Made by a program: the position numbers and the translations under genes | Notes under the pieces: model-generated | What the model was told of the DNA's origin: nothing | Databases searched by the model: none | The model's input: only the letters and a program-made list of their open reading frames with translations | Source: Candidatus Cloacimonadales bacterium | GTDB taxonomy: Bacteria > Cloacimonadota > Cloacimonadia > Cloacimonadales > JAFGVF01 | Length of the DNA: 64,000 bases | Assembly: GCA_963678315.1 (NCBI GenBank) | Contig: OY782781.1 | Span: forward strand, 480,001 to 544,000 | Reading direction: 5' to 3' | In this document: piece by piece, positions 50,492-60,247 of the stretch | Layout: each line of letters begins with the position of its first letter | Position numbering within the stretch: position 1 is the stretch's first letter

Positions 50492-50623
50492 GAAGTCCTC
50501 CAATATTTTTATTAATTCTTTACAAGTTTTTATTGTCAAGGTTTAATTTTTGAGAAACTTTACTGTTTGCATATTCTAACAAACGACTTATTATATTGAA
50601 AAAAGCTAGATTAGGAGTGTGAC

Positions 50624-52294
50624 ATGAAATCAGATTTAGAGATAGCAAGTGCAGTAGAATTAAAGCACATTGATGAAATTGCAAAGACACTAGGTTTAGA
50701 AGCTTCAGACTTAGAACATTATGGTGATTACAAAGCTAAGATTAAGCTTTCTAAAATTGCAGAGATAAGAAACCGCCCACGGGGTAAACTAGTTCTTGTT
50801 TCAGCTATCACACCTACTCCAGCAGGAGAGGGTAAAACAACAGTTTCTATAGGTCTTTCCATGGCCTTGAATAAGATTGGTAAGAAAACTAGTGTAGCAA
50901 TCAGAGAGCCTTCATTAGGTCCTGTTTTTGGTATTAAAGGTGGAGCTGCTGGTGGTGGTTATTCTCAGGTTCTACCTATGGAAGATATCAACCTTCATTT
51001 TACTGGAGATATGCATGCTGTAACAACAGCTAATAATACACTTTCTGCCTTGATTGATAATCATATTTATCAGGGTAATGAATTAAATATTGATCCAAGA
51101 AGAGTAACCTGGAAAAGGGTTCTTGATGTAAATGATAGAATGCTACGAGATGTGGTCATAGGCTTAGGAGGGAAGGCACAAGGTGTACCAATGGAAGAGG
51201 GCTTCGACATTACTCCAGCTTCAGAAATCATGGCAATTCTCTGCTTATCTAATAGCATTGAAGAGTTAAAGCAAAAGATTGGAGACATTACTATTGGCTA
51301 CAACTATTCTGGCGAACCTGTCTTTGTTCGTGACTTAGCTTATGAGGGAGCAATTACGACTCTTTTGAAAGATGCTATCAAGCCTAATATTGTTCAAACT
51401 ATCGAAGGTACTCCAGCCTTTATTCATGGTGGTCCCTTTGCTAATATTGCTCAAGGAGCTAACAGTATTATTGCTACCAAAACAGCTCTTGGTTTATCAG
51501 AGTATGTAGTAACTGAAGCAGGCTTTGGTTTTGATTTAGGTGCAGAAAAGTTCTTTGATATAGTTTGCCCTTATGGTGGATTCTGTACTAATGCTACCGT
51601 CTTAGTAGCCACTATTAGAGCTCTTAAACTTCATGGTGGTAAAAAACTAAAAGAGATATCTATTCCTGATGTTGAAGCTCTTAAAGAAGGATTACCAAAT
51701 TTAGCTAAACATCTTGAAAACACTAAGAAGTTTGGAATGAAATCAATTGTTGCTATTAATAAATTTGCTACAGATTCTGATGAAGAAATAAATACAGTTA
51801 AGGAATTTGTTGAAGAAATGGGATTTGATGTTTCAGTTGTTGAATTCCATGGTAAAGGTGGAGACGGAGGAATTGATTTAGCTGAAAAAGTTTCAGCAAT
51901 GATAGAATCAGATTCCTGCCATCTAAACAACTTATACGATAGAAAAGAAGCAGTCCAAGATAAGATTTTCAAGATTGCCCATGAAATATATGGTGCAGAA
52001 GCAGTAGATTATTCTCCAGAAGCTAAAAAAGCTCTAAGAATTATTAAGAAATACGGCTATGACCAACTCCCAATTTGTATAGCCAAAACACAAAAGTCAC
52101 TCTCTGATAACCCTAAATTACTAGGCAGACCAAAAGACTTCCTTGTAACAGTGAGAGATATTGTTATCTCATCAGGAGCAGGCTTCTTAGTCCCAATAAC
52201 AGGTGATATCATGAGAATGCCTGGTTTACCTAAAAATCCATCTGCTGAAAAGATGGATATTGATAAAGATGGTAATATTACTGGCTTGTTCTAA
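50624..52294 (+). CDS. fhs: Formate--tetrahydrofolate ligase
   Basis: TPTPAGEGKTT, GIKGGAAGGGYSQV, HGGPFANIA and IMRMPGLP motifs. Confidence 0.98.
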   Translation: MKSDLEIASAVELKHIDEIAKTLGLEASDLEHYGDYKAKIKLSKIAEIRNRPRGKLVLVSAITPTPAGEGKTTVSIGLSMALNKIGKKTSVAIREPSLGPVFGIKGGAAGGGYSQVLPMEDINLHFTGDMHAVTTANNTLSALIDNHIYQGNELNIDPRRVTWKRVLDVNDRMLRDVVIGLGGKAQGVPMEEGFDITPASEIMAILCLSNSIEELKQKIGDITIGYNYSGEPVFVRDLAYEGAITTLLKDAIKPNIVQTIEGTPAFIHGGPFANIAQGANSIIATKTALGLSEYVVTEAGFGFDLGAEKFFDIVCPYGGFCTNATVLVATIRALKLHGGKKLKEISIPDVEALKEGLPNLAKHLENTKKFGMKSIVAINKFATDSDEEINTVKEFVEEMGFDVSVVEFHGKGGDGGIDLAEKVSAMIESDSCHLNNLYDRKEAVQDKIFKIAHEIYGAEAVDYSPEAKKALRIIKKYGYDQLPICIAKTQKSLSDNPKLLGRPKDFLVTVRDIVISSGAGFLVPITGDIMRMPGLPKNPSAEKMDIDKDGNITGLF

Positions 52295-52344
52295 TTAAGC
52301 CCAAATAATACATTAGGGTTAATATCCTGAATCATACAACAATG

Positions 52345-52375
52345 AGAGCCTAGAATAATCTGGGCTCTTTTTTTT
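52345..52375 (+). terminator. Intrinsic terminator after fhs
   Basis: AGAGCCTAGA-ATAA-TCTGGGCTCT stem-loop followed by a T-run. Confidence 0.8.
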
Positions 52376-52394
52376 GCATTATTTTTATTGCCTT

Positions 52395-52700
52395 TTGCCG
52401 GCTAGCAGCCGAGCGTTCCCAGTAACTCCCTTCATCCCTACTAGCCTCCTTGAAAAAATGGCGTTTTTTCAAGGAGACCCTTTGGCACGAGATAGGTTGG
52501 TAAAAAAATCAAACTTAGATCGTGCATGTGTCAGTAAACTGGGAACGCCGGCGTCCCTGCTGGCTTTAGCATGTAAGTGCATGCTAAACAATTTTTTAAA
52601 ACTTCTAAACAACCTACTTCCGTAGGTTTGGCCAGCACAGAGGCTGGCGTTCCGACTTTGCAGGATACCCAGAAATTCTTTAGAAAGCAAAGACTGTTGC
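52395..52700. repeat. Intergenic REP-like mosaic
   Basis: Contains the CTCCTTGAAAAAATGGCGTTTTTTCAAGGAG palindrome (52445-52480), GGGAACGCCGGCGTCCCTGCTGGC and CAACCTACTTCCGTAGGTTTGGCC...GGATACCCAG. Confidence 0.88.
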
Positions 52701-52847
52701 ATGCAACCCATATGAACAGCTTATTTCATCCACAAACACACTCTATAACTAACCATTTAGCAATGAATTCTAAAAAAGTATTGCCTAAAAAAAGACCTTT
52801 ATAAATATGGTAACTGAAAAATAAAATCTCGAAGAGGTTAAATAATT

Positions 52848-53090
52848 ATGTACAGATTAGATGATAAACATCTTGAAAAAGCTAAGGAAATAGTCCTGTC
52901 AGCTCGCAAAAAGAAAAGTTGTAAGCGATGCTACGACAGGGGCTATATTGGTATAAATGAACAAAATATGGTTGTAATATGCCATAAATGTGTTGATGCA
53001 GAAAAAGCTACAGACCAATGGAAAGAGTATGTTTTAGCTAATGAAGATTTAAAAGAACACTACAATGAGTTCTTCGAGGAAGAAGAATAA
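52848..53090 (+). CDS. Small putative zinc-binding protein (CxxC...CxxC)
   Basis: SCKRCYDRGYIG...ICHKCVD; GAGG RBS; upstream of ileS. Confidence 0.7.
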   Translation: MYRLDDKHLEKAKEIVLSARKKKSCKRCYDRGYIGINEQNMVVICHKCVDAEKATDQWKEYVLANEDLKEHYNEFFEEEE

Positions 53091-53145
53091 ATCTCAATAG
53101 GCTAAATAAATAGTTCATTTAACCAATTAAGAAATTGAGGAAAAA

Positions 53146-56100
53146 ATGTATAGAAGTATTAATATTAAAGAAAATCATTCAGAATTAGAAAGTAGAGTTA
53201 GAAAACAGTGGGAAGAAAACAAGACTCACGATAAAAGTATAGAAAACAGAGATGGAAAAGAAAGATATGTTTTCTTTGAAGGCCCTCCAACAGCTAATGG
53301 TAGACCTGGTATTCACCATGTAATGGCAAGAACTTTAAAAGATACTGTTTGTCGTTACAAGACAATGCAGGGTTTTGAAGTTAAGAGAAAAGCAGGTTGG
53401 GATACTCATGGGCTTCCTGTAGAGCTTGAAGTTCAAAAGCAACTTGGAATCAAAGAAAAACCTGAAGTAGTTGAATATGGTCTTGAAGCTTTTAATAAAA
53501 AGTGTAAAGAATCTGTTTTCACTTATGAAGCTTTATGGCAAGATATGACAAAACAAATGGGATATTGGGTTGATTTAGAAAATCCATATATCACTCTTGA
53601 GAATAACTATATTGAAACTGTTTGGTGGATATTAAATGATTTCTTCCAAAGAGATTTAATATATAAAGGTCATAAAATTGTACCTTACTGCCCAAAATGC
53701 GGTACTCCTCTATCTTCTCATGAAGTTGCTCAAGGTTACGAAGATGTAAATGACCCATCTGTATTCGTTAAATTCAAGATTAAAGGTGAAGAAAACTCTT
53801 ACTTCTTAGCTTGGACAACTACACCTTGGACTCTTCTTTCAAACGTAGCTCTTGTAGTTAACCCAGAAGAAACTTACGTTAAAATTCTGATGAAAGAAGC
53901 AAATGAATACTTTATCTTAGCAAAAGCTAGATTAGGTGAAGTTATTGCTGAAGACTATGAAATTGTTGAAGAATATAAAGGCACAGACTTAGAACATAGA
54001 GAATATGAAAGATTGTATGATTTCAAAAAAGTAACGGGAAAAGGTTGGTATATTGGTTTAGCTGATTACGTAACTATGGATTCTGGTACTGGTGTTGTTC
54101 ATACTGCTCCTGCTTACGGTGCTGATGACTATAATGTGGGTCAAAAATATGGATTCCCATTTGTTCATTTAGTAAATGATGAAGGTAAATTTGTTGATGC
54201 TGTTGAACCTTGGAAAGGTCTTTTCGTTAAAGATGCAGATAAAGAAATTATCCGTGATATGAAAGAAAAGAATGTTCTTTATAAGAGAGAACAAATCAAA
54301 CATAGCTATCCTCATTGCTGGAGATGTAAATCACCTCTAATCTATTACGGTCGTGAATCATGGTTCATCAGAACTTCTCAATTCAAAGAAGAAATGATGA
54401 AAAACAACGAGACTGTTAATTGGTACCCTAAGTTTGTTGGTGAAGGTCGTTTCGGCGATTGGTTAAAAAACAACATTGACTGGGCACTTTCTAGAGACAG
54501 ATTCTGGGGAACTCCTTTGAATGTTTGGGTTTGTGAAGATGAAGAATGTGGAAAACTTGATTCTGTTGGTTCTATTGAAGAATTAAGAGAAAAAGGTGTA
54601 ATGGCTGATGGTTCAGCAGTTCCTGAAGATATTGAATTGCATAGACCTTATGTTGATGATGTATATCTGAAATGTTCTTGTGGAAAACACATGAAGAGAA
54701 CTCCAGAAGTTATCGACTGTTGGTTCGATTCAGGTGCTATGCCATTTGCTCAGTGGCACTACCCATTTGAGAATAAAGAAAAATTCGATAATGAGTTGTT
54801 CCCTGCTGATTTCATCTCTGAAGGTATTGACCAAACTCGTGGTTGGTTCTACTCCTTATTAGCAATTTCAACAATCTTGAAAGGCAAAGCTCCTTACAAG
54901 AATGTTCTTGTTAATGACCTTATTCTTGATGCTAAAGGCAACAAGATGAGTAAATCAAAAGGCAACAGTGTGGATCCATTCGACATGATGAATAAATATG
55001 GTGCTGATGTTATCAGATGGTACCTTCTATTTGTTAGTCCTCCATGGGTTCCAACTAAGTTTGATGAAAAAGGTGTTGCAGAAGTAATGGGTAAATTCTT
55101 AGGAACTCTTAAGAATGTATATTCATTCTATACTACTTATGCTAACATCGATGGATTCAATGCTAACGACTATGACTTTAATCAAAAGAAAACTGCTGAA
55201 ATAGATAGATGGATTGTTTCTAAAATAAATACATTAATCAAGCAAGTAACAGACTTTAATAATTCTTATGACTTCACACAAACAGTGAAGGCTATCCAAG
55301 AATTTATCCTCGATGACCTATCAAATTGGTACGTTAGACGCTCTAGAAGACGTTTTTGGTCTATGACCCTTACTGAGGACAAAAAGGACGCTTATTTAAC
55401 CTTAAATTTCGTTCTTGTACAGCTTGCTAAGTTAATGGCTCCTATAGCACCTTACATCTCAGATGAGATTTATACTAACCTTACAGGAAAAGAGTCTGTT
55501 CATTTGGAAGACTTCCCAAGTGTATGCGAAGAAGTGATTGATGAAAAGCTTGAACAAGAAATGAGCACAATCATGACCCTTGTAGGATTAGGTCGTGCTG
55601 CTAGAAATACTTGTCAGATTAAAGTTAGACAAACTCTACAAACAATCTTTGTACCAGAAGAAACAAGAGAAGTTGTAGAAAGAATGACTGATCTTCTTGT
55701 AGAAGAAATCAATATCAAGGACATTAAATACATATCTAGAGATAGTGATTTTGTTCATTATGAACTCAAGCCTAACTTCAAGGTGATGGGACCTAAATAC
55801 GGTAAAAACATGAAAGTTATTGCAAAAGCATTAGCTTCTGAAAACACTACTGATATTATGAAAGCCTTCAATAACAATGAAAGCTATAATTTAGTAGTTG
55901 GAGACGATACATTCGTTATTTCTGAAGAAGATGTAGCAATTAATATCCAACAACGTGAAGGCTACACTTTCGAAAGTTATAAAGAAATGTGGGTAGCTCT
56001 TGATACTGTATTATCTCCAGAACTTATCGAAGAAGGTTATGCTAGAGAAATAAATAACAGAATTCAAAACACTAGAAAAGACATGAGCTTCGAAATAATG

Positions 56101-56286
56101 GACAGAATTAAAGTTCATTATTATGCAGAAGAAGAAGCTGTTGCTAATGTCTTTGTTAAATATGCAAACTTCATTTCATCAGATACATTGACAGATGAGT
56201 TTGTTGCTTGTGAGAACAATGACAATATGAATGAATACGATATCAATGGTAAAATAGTATTCATGAGAATTGAAAAAAATAACTAA
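53146..56286 (+). CDS. ileS: Isoleucine--tRNA ligase, type 2 (long form) with GIHH signature
   Basis: EGPPTANGRPGIHH, GWDTHGLP, WTTTPWTL, EGIDQTRGWF and KMSKS motifs; 1046 aa with no C-terminal Zn finger. Confidence 0.98.
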   Translation: MYRSINIKENHSELESRVRKQWEENKTHDKSIENRDGKERYVFFEGPPTANGRPGIHHVMARTLKDTVCRYKTMQGFEVKRKAGWDTHGLPVELEVQKQLGIKEKPEVVEYGLEAFNKKCKESVFTYEALWQDMTKQMGYWVDLENPYITLENNYIETVWWILNDFFQRDLIYKGHKIVPYCPKCGTPLSSHEVAQGYEDVNDPSVFVKFKIKGEENSYFLAWTTTPWTLLSNVALVVNPEETYVKILMKEANEYFILAKARLGEVIAEDYEIVEEYKGTDLEHREYERLYDFKKVTGKGWYIGLADYVTMDSGTGVVHTAPAYGADDYNVGQKYGFPFVHLVNDEGKFVDAVEPWKGLFVKDADKEIIRDMKEKNVLYKREQIKHSYPHCWRCKSPLIYYGRESWFIRTSQFKEEMMKNNETVNWYPKFVGEGRFGDWLKNNIDWALSRDRFWGTPLNVWVCEDEECGKLDSVGSIEELREKGVMADGSAVPEDIELHRPYVDDVYLKCSCGKHMKRTPEVIDCWFDSGAMPFAQWHYPFENKEKFDNELFPADFISEGIDQTRGWFYSLLAISTILKGKAPYKNVLVNDLILDAKGNKMSKSKGNSVDPFDMMNKYGADVIRWYLLFVSPPWVPTKFDEKGVAEVMGKFLGTLKNVYSFYTTYANIDGFNANDYDFNQKKTAEIDRWIVSKINTLIKQVTDFNNSYDFTQTVKAIQEFILDDLSNWYVRRSRRRFWSMTLTEDKKDAYLTLNFVLVQLAKLMAPIAPYISDEIYTNLTGKESVHLEDFPSVCEEVIDEKLEQEMSTIMTLVGLGRAARNTCQIKVRQTLQTIFVPEETREVVERMTDLLVEEINIKDIKYISRDSDFVHYELKPNFKVMGPKYGKNMKVIAKALASENTTDIMKAFNNNESYNLVVGDDTFVISEEDVAINIQQREGYTFESYKEMWVALDTVLSPELIEEGYAREINNRIQNTRKDMSFEIMDRIKVHYYAEEEAVANVFVKYANFISSDTLTDEFVACENNDNMNEYDINGKIVFMRIEKNN

Positions 56287-56306
56287 TTAAAATTGATTAT
56301 AAAAGT

Positions 56307-56338
56307 AAAAAGACTGGCGTAAAAACCAGTCTTTTTTT
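56307..56338. terminator. Bidirectional terminator
   Basis: AAAAAGACTGG-CGTAAAAA-CCAGTCTTTTTTT between convergent genes. Confidence 0.82.
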
Positions 56339-56374
56339 ATAGTGATTAAGAAATTAATCTTGTATAAGCTTATT

Positions 56375-59300
56375 CTATACTTCACCTAGCTTTCTATAGA
56401 TGTTATTCAATAGAGCTTCTACACTCTTTACACCTTGGCTAAATTCACATTTCTTGAAGATATCCAATGCTTCCCTAAGTTTAGGTTTTGCTTCTTCGAA
56501 CTTACTCTGTTCATAATCACAAGTAGCCCAATTGTAGAGAGCTTTACCCTCTGCTTCTTTACTTCCAAGCTCGTGAAGAAGTTCGAATTCTTCCTTGTAA
56601 TATTTATCAGCATTTATATAATCTTTACTCTCTTTAGAAATAGTACCAAGTAATCCTAATGAAATAGCAACACCTTCACGATCATTGATTTTACGCTGCA
56701 TCTCAATGTTTTGCTGAATAATATCAATAGCATGGTCCTTCATGTTTATCCTGAGATATATCTGTGCTATCAAAGAATTTGAGAAAGAAAGTGTTCTAAC
56801 ATTCTCAGTTTGTTCTCCAATCTCTTTACACTTAAACGCATTCTGGAGAGCTTTATCAAACTTAGACATAGTGAAGTATGTTAAAGCAAAATTATAGTAT
56901 ATTCTTGAAACTTGGTTATTGTTGTTACTCAGTTGAGCAAGCCCTAAAGCTTCATTTAACACTGCTAGAGTCTTAGTAAAATGGCTCTTATTCATTTCAA
57001 GCATTGCCAAATCAGAAAGAATCTTACACTTAGTGATTCTATTACCTATATCTTCAGCAAACTGTAGTGCTTTAGAGTAATATTCTTGTGCTTCTTGGAA
57101 GTTTCCAAGTTTATAGTATATCAAGCCTACGTTGTGATTACCACTAGCAATCAGAGTTTGATTACCATTGTCTTCTAACAAGCTTGCATTAAGCTTAAAG
57201 TAGTGCAAAGAATCATAATATTTAGATCTTTCAAGGAAATATACCCCTAGCAGATTAGCTAAACGACCTACAATAAAATCATCTTCTTCATCAAGATATT
57301 CATCGAGTAATTCTAGAGATAGATCTTCAAACTTCTCATCTTGATTAAGGAACCTAAGAGAATCCAAGTAATAAATAACTAAATAGTTTCTATATTCAGT
57401 GTGTTCAAAGATATCTAATCTATTCTGAGTGAACTCAACTAGTTCCTGATACTTCTCTTGTTTAAATAAATAATTAGCAATAAGATATTCTTGCTTAAAC
57501 CATTGCGGACTATCACTTTCAATAACAGGTTTAACTTCATCAAACAACTCTTCAGCAGATTTAATATCACCGTCTTCTAGATGAACTTCTATCATTTTTA
57601 GCTTAGTATTTACAATCTTCTCTGTATCTAGTATATTATTGTCTTCTAAATAACTAAGAAGTTTAATACAGTATTCAATTGCAGAAGCATGCTGATGATA
57701 GCTTATTGCATTATCAATAGCTAGTTCCAAATAGTTTGCTGCTTTTATCATTAGTCCACCATGGATACAGTTATAAATCAATTCATCGTAATGCTCGTTA
57801 ATGCTATCAGAGTAAATCTCTTCCATAGCCTTAACAGCGGTTTTATGAATATTTACTGCATGCTTTTTTAGTAAAAGATTGTAACAACAGTCCCTAAATA
57901 GAGTATTTCTAAATGAATACTGATTGTGCATTGATGAATACCAGATATTCTCAATCTCACCCTCAGATAAGAATTTAGAGATATCATTACCACCCATCAT
58001 CTTCATTAAGACATTCTTGTTAAACTTTATACCTAGAACAGAAGCAACTTTAACAACCTTCTTTAGAATTTCACCAAGCTTATCAATTCTAGCTATAATC
58101 ATTTGATTAATGTTGTCAGGTATTGAGAAATCTTCTTTTAATAAAGTATAAGTACTATCTATGAGTTGTTCTTTCTTTAAGTAGAAGATTAGTTGTTCAA
58201 TAAAGAAAGGGTTACCTCTAGATTTATTATAAATAAGGTTATAGGTTTCCTGAGGAACATGTTTTATATCCTCTTCGTCATCATTCATAAGGTTAGTAAT
58301 AAGAACTTTTGCATCTCTTTTCTTGAAGTTACTAACTTCAAAATAGGAATCGTTATCATTTTTACCCAACATTTCTAGCAGAGCATCTTGCTTAGTACGA
58401 CTGATAAAGATAATAAATATAGGATATTCAGCAATCAATGGTACAAAATACTCAATAAATTTACTTGATTCAGCATCTAAGTCATCTGCATTATCAATAA
58501 AGATTACTGATGGCTTATTAAGGGATATAAGTCGGAATATATTTGTTATAGCAAAGAATGTATTTTCGTAACGATTCTTAGCAACGTCACTATCTAATGA
58601 CGAAACATCCATTTCGCTAATCCCAATGAAGCTTTCTAGAAGATTGATTCCATTATTAAGCTCATGAACCAAGATTTTATTAACAACATTCTTAGCGTAA
58701 AATTCTATCTTATCAACTATTTTAGCGTGGTTTTCTTCATAGTCTGCTAAGTCACTAATATTGAATAGTTGCTTTAAAAAGGTTATAATTGGATTAGAGT
58801 TTTGCTTTAACACCGGATCACAAGCCATATATAGCCAAGAATAATTTTCCTTTCCAAGCACATTTACAAGCTCTGATGAAAGCCTTGTTTTTCCAACACC
58901 TTCATCTCCATAGATGTTAATCAGACTACTTTTGGCTTTGTTTTCAGAGTTTTCAATTAATACTGAGATATCACTTAGCAGGTTTCTGCGACCTACAAAC
59001 TTATCTGAATAGGCTAGGAATTCAGTAATATGTGTTGATTTAATTAACTTATAGGTTGCTATTTTGGTAGAGAAGCCTTTATAGTCTCTATAACCTTTCA
59101 TTAATATCTTAAAGTTATCTTTATTTTTAGTATAAATATACTTATCTAGGAATATTTCATCATAATCAGCCTGTATAGCGAATCTAGCGGACAGATTAAC
59201 TGACATACCTATAGCGGTATACTCTCCACGCTCTAAGCTTCCTATATAGCCTGTATAGGCTTGTCCAAAGCTAAGGCCTACTCGGCAAGTGAAGTCTTTG

Positions 59301-60163
59301 AGTTTCATTAATTCTAACGAGAATTTACTTGCTCGGGCTGTGATATCCCTAAATCCTTTAGGAGCACCAAAGAGAACCAGGATAATTCCACCTTTATCAC
59401 CGAAGTCAATCTTGTTGAAATATCCACCATACCTAAAAGAAAGGTCCATTATTCTGGATAAAATCTTGTTCAGATTATCATTATTCTTGAAGGAAATAAA
59501 ACAAGATACGATTTTTCTAAATTCTCCATTGAAATCTTTATCACCGAGAATACTAGGTATAAATCTATCGTAATAGGAATAAATTTCTTCATCATAAGCA
59601 GGAATAATGTTATGATAGTTATGTTTATATTTAGGTATGTTTAAAGATTTAATAACCATATTGATACTAGCTTTAGATAAAGAATCTACAGCATCATCAA
59701 TAGCTGTTCCCTTAAAGTAGTAGGCAGAATTTGTATCATTTTCAATGATAGATAAACTCACATCACCGTAGCCAATACCTACTCTAATACTAATAAGAGA
59801 ATTTATCTTATACTTCTTTAAGATATCAAGAGAATTTATTCTAGCTATAAGTTCTTCACTTGTATCAATAATTTTCTGAGTTGTTGTAACTTCATCTGGG
59901 AATATTGCAGTAAAAGAATCTCCTGCAAAAGACGATATAAATCCATTAATTTTATGAATAGAGGATAATAGTGGAGTAAAGACATTATCTATAATCTCTG
60001 CGAGATATTCTGATCCATTCTCTCCAATTTCTAGGAGTATTTGGCTCAGTTTAGTAAATCCACCTATATCGACAATCATGACCATAGCCTGAAAGTCTTT
60101 TTCTTTTACACCTTTACTATATTCATTTAAAACAAATGCGGGTATAAGACTTTTATGTTTCAT
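56375..60163 (-). CDS. Class III adenylate/guanylate cyclase (tandem domains) + P-loop NTPase + TPR repeats
   Basis: VDIGGFT and FAGDSF; GDKG and EYTAIGMSVNLSAR; GDEGVGKTRL; GNPFFIEQ; C-terminal TPR repeats. Confidence 0.9.
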   Translation of the reverse strand: MKHKSLIPAFVLNEYSKGVKEKDFQAMVMIVDIGGFTKLSQILLEIGENGSEYLAEIIDNVFTPLLSSIHKINGFISSFAGDSFTAIFPDEVTTTQKIIDTSEELIARINSLDILKKYKINSLISIRVGIGYGDVSLSIIENDTNSAYYFKGTAIDDAVDSLSKASINMVIKSLNIPKYKHNYHNIIPAYDEEIYSYYDRFIPSILGDKDFNGEFRKIVSCFISFKNNDNLNKILSRIMDLSFRYGGYFNKIDFGDKGGIILVLFGAPKGFRDITARASKFSLELMKLKDFTCRVGLSFGQAYTGYIGSLERGEYTAIGMSVNLSARFAIQADYDEIFLDKYIYTKNKDNFKILMKGYRDYKGFSTKIATYKLIKSTHITEFLAYSDKFVGRRNLLSDISVLIENSENKAKSSLINIYGDEGVGKTRLSSELVNVLGKENYSWLYMACDPVLKQNSNPIITFLKQLFNISDLADYEENHAKIVDKIEFYAKNVVNKILVHELNNGINLLESFIGISEMDVSSLDSDVAKNRYENTFFAITNIFRLISLNKPSVIFIDNADDLDAESSKFIEYFVPLIAEYPIFIIFISRTKQDALLEMLGKNDNDSYFEVSNFKKRDAKVLITNLMNDDEEDIKHVPQETYNLIYNKSRGNPFFIEQLIFYLKKEQLIDSTYTLLKEDFSIPDNINQMIIARIDKLGEILKKVVKVASVLGIKFNKNVLMKMMGGNDISKFLSEGEIENIWYSSMHNQYSFRNTLFRDCCYNLLLKKHAVNIHKTAVKAMEEIYSDSINEHYDELIYNCIHGGLMIKAANYLELAIDNAISYHQHASAIEYCIKLLSYLEDNNILDTEKIVNTKLKMIEVHLEDGDIKSAEELFDEVKPVIESDSPQWFKQEYLIANYLFKQEKYQELVEFTQNRLDIFEHTEYRNYLVIYYLDSLRFLNQDEKFEDLSLELLDEYLDEEDDFIVGRLANLLGVYFLERSKYYDSLHYFKLNASLLEDNGNQTLIASGNHNVGLIYYKLGNFQEAQEYYSKALQFAEDIGNRITKCKILSDLAMLEMNKSHFTKTLAVLNEALGLAQLSNNNNQVSRIYYNFALTYFTMSKFDKALQNAFKCKEIGEQTENVRTLSFSNSLIAQIYLRINMKDHAIDIIQQNIEMQRKINDREGVAISLGLLGTISKESKDYINADKYYKEEFELLHELGSKEAEGKALYNWATCDYEQSKFEEAKPKLREALDIFKKCEFSQGVKSVEALLNNIYRKLGEV

Positions 60164-60193
60164 TATCTCCCCAGTTAGTTGTTAATTAATAAA

Positions 60194-60216
60194 CAACCCT
60201 CATAGTATGAGGGTTG
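60194..60216. terminator. Hairpin between the repeat-protein and cyclase genes
   Basis: CAACCCTCATA-G-TATGAGGGTTG inverted repeat. Confidence 0.55.
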
Positions 60217-60247
60217 AGTATATATATGCTGTTATATGGAGAGAAGT

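Noticed and set aside
43617..50600. Integrated genomic island spanning the Mrr-like gene to darTG
   Set aside because: No integrase or flanking direct repeats were seen, and the interval contains the core gene alaS.
52374..52804. Short ORFs 52374-52625, 52469-52711 and 52577-52804
   Set aside because: They overlap the GC-rich repeat mosaic, have no RBS or recognisable motifs, and are probably spurious.
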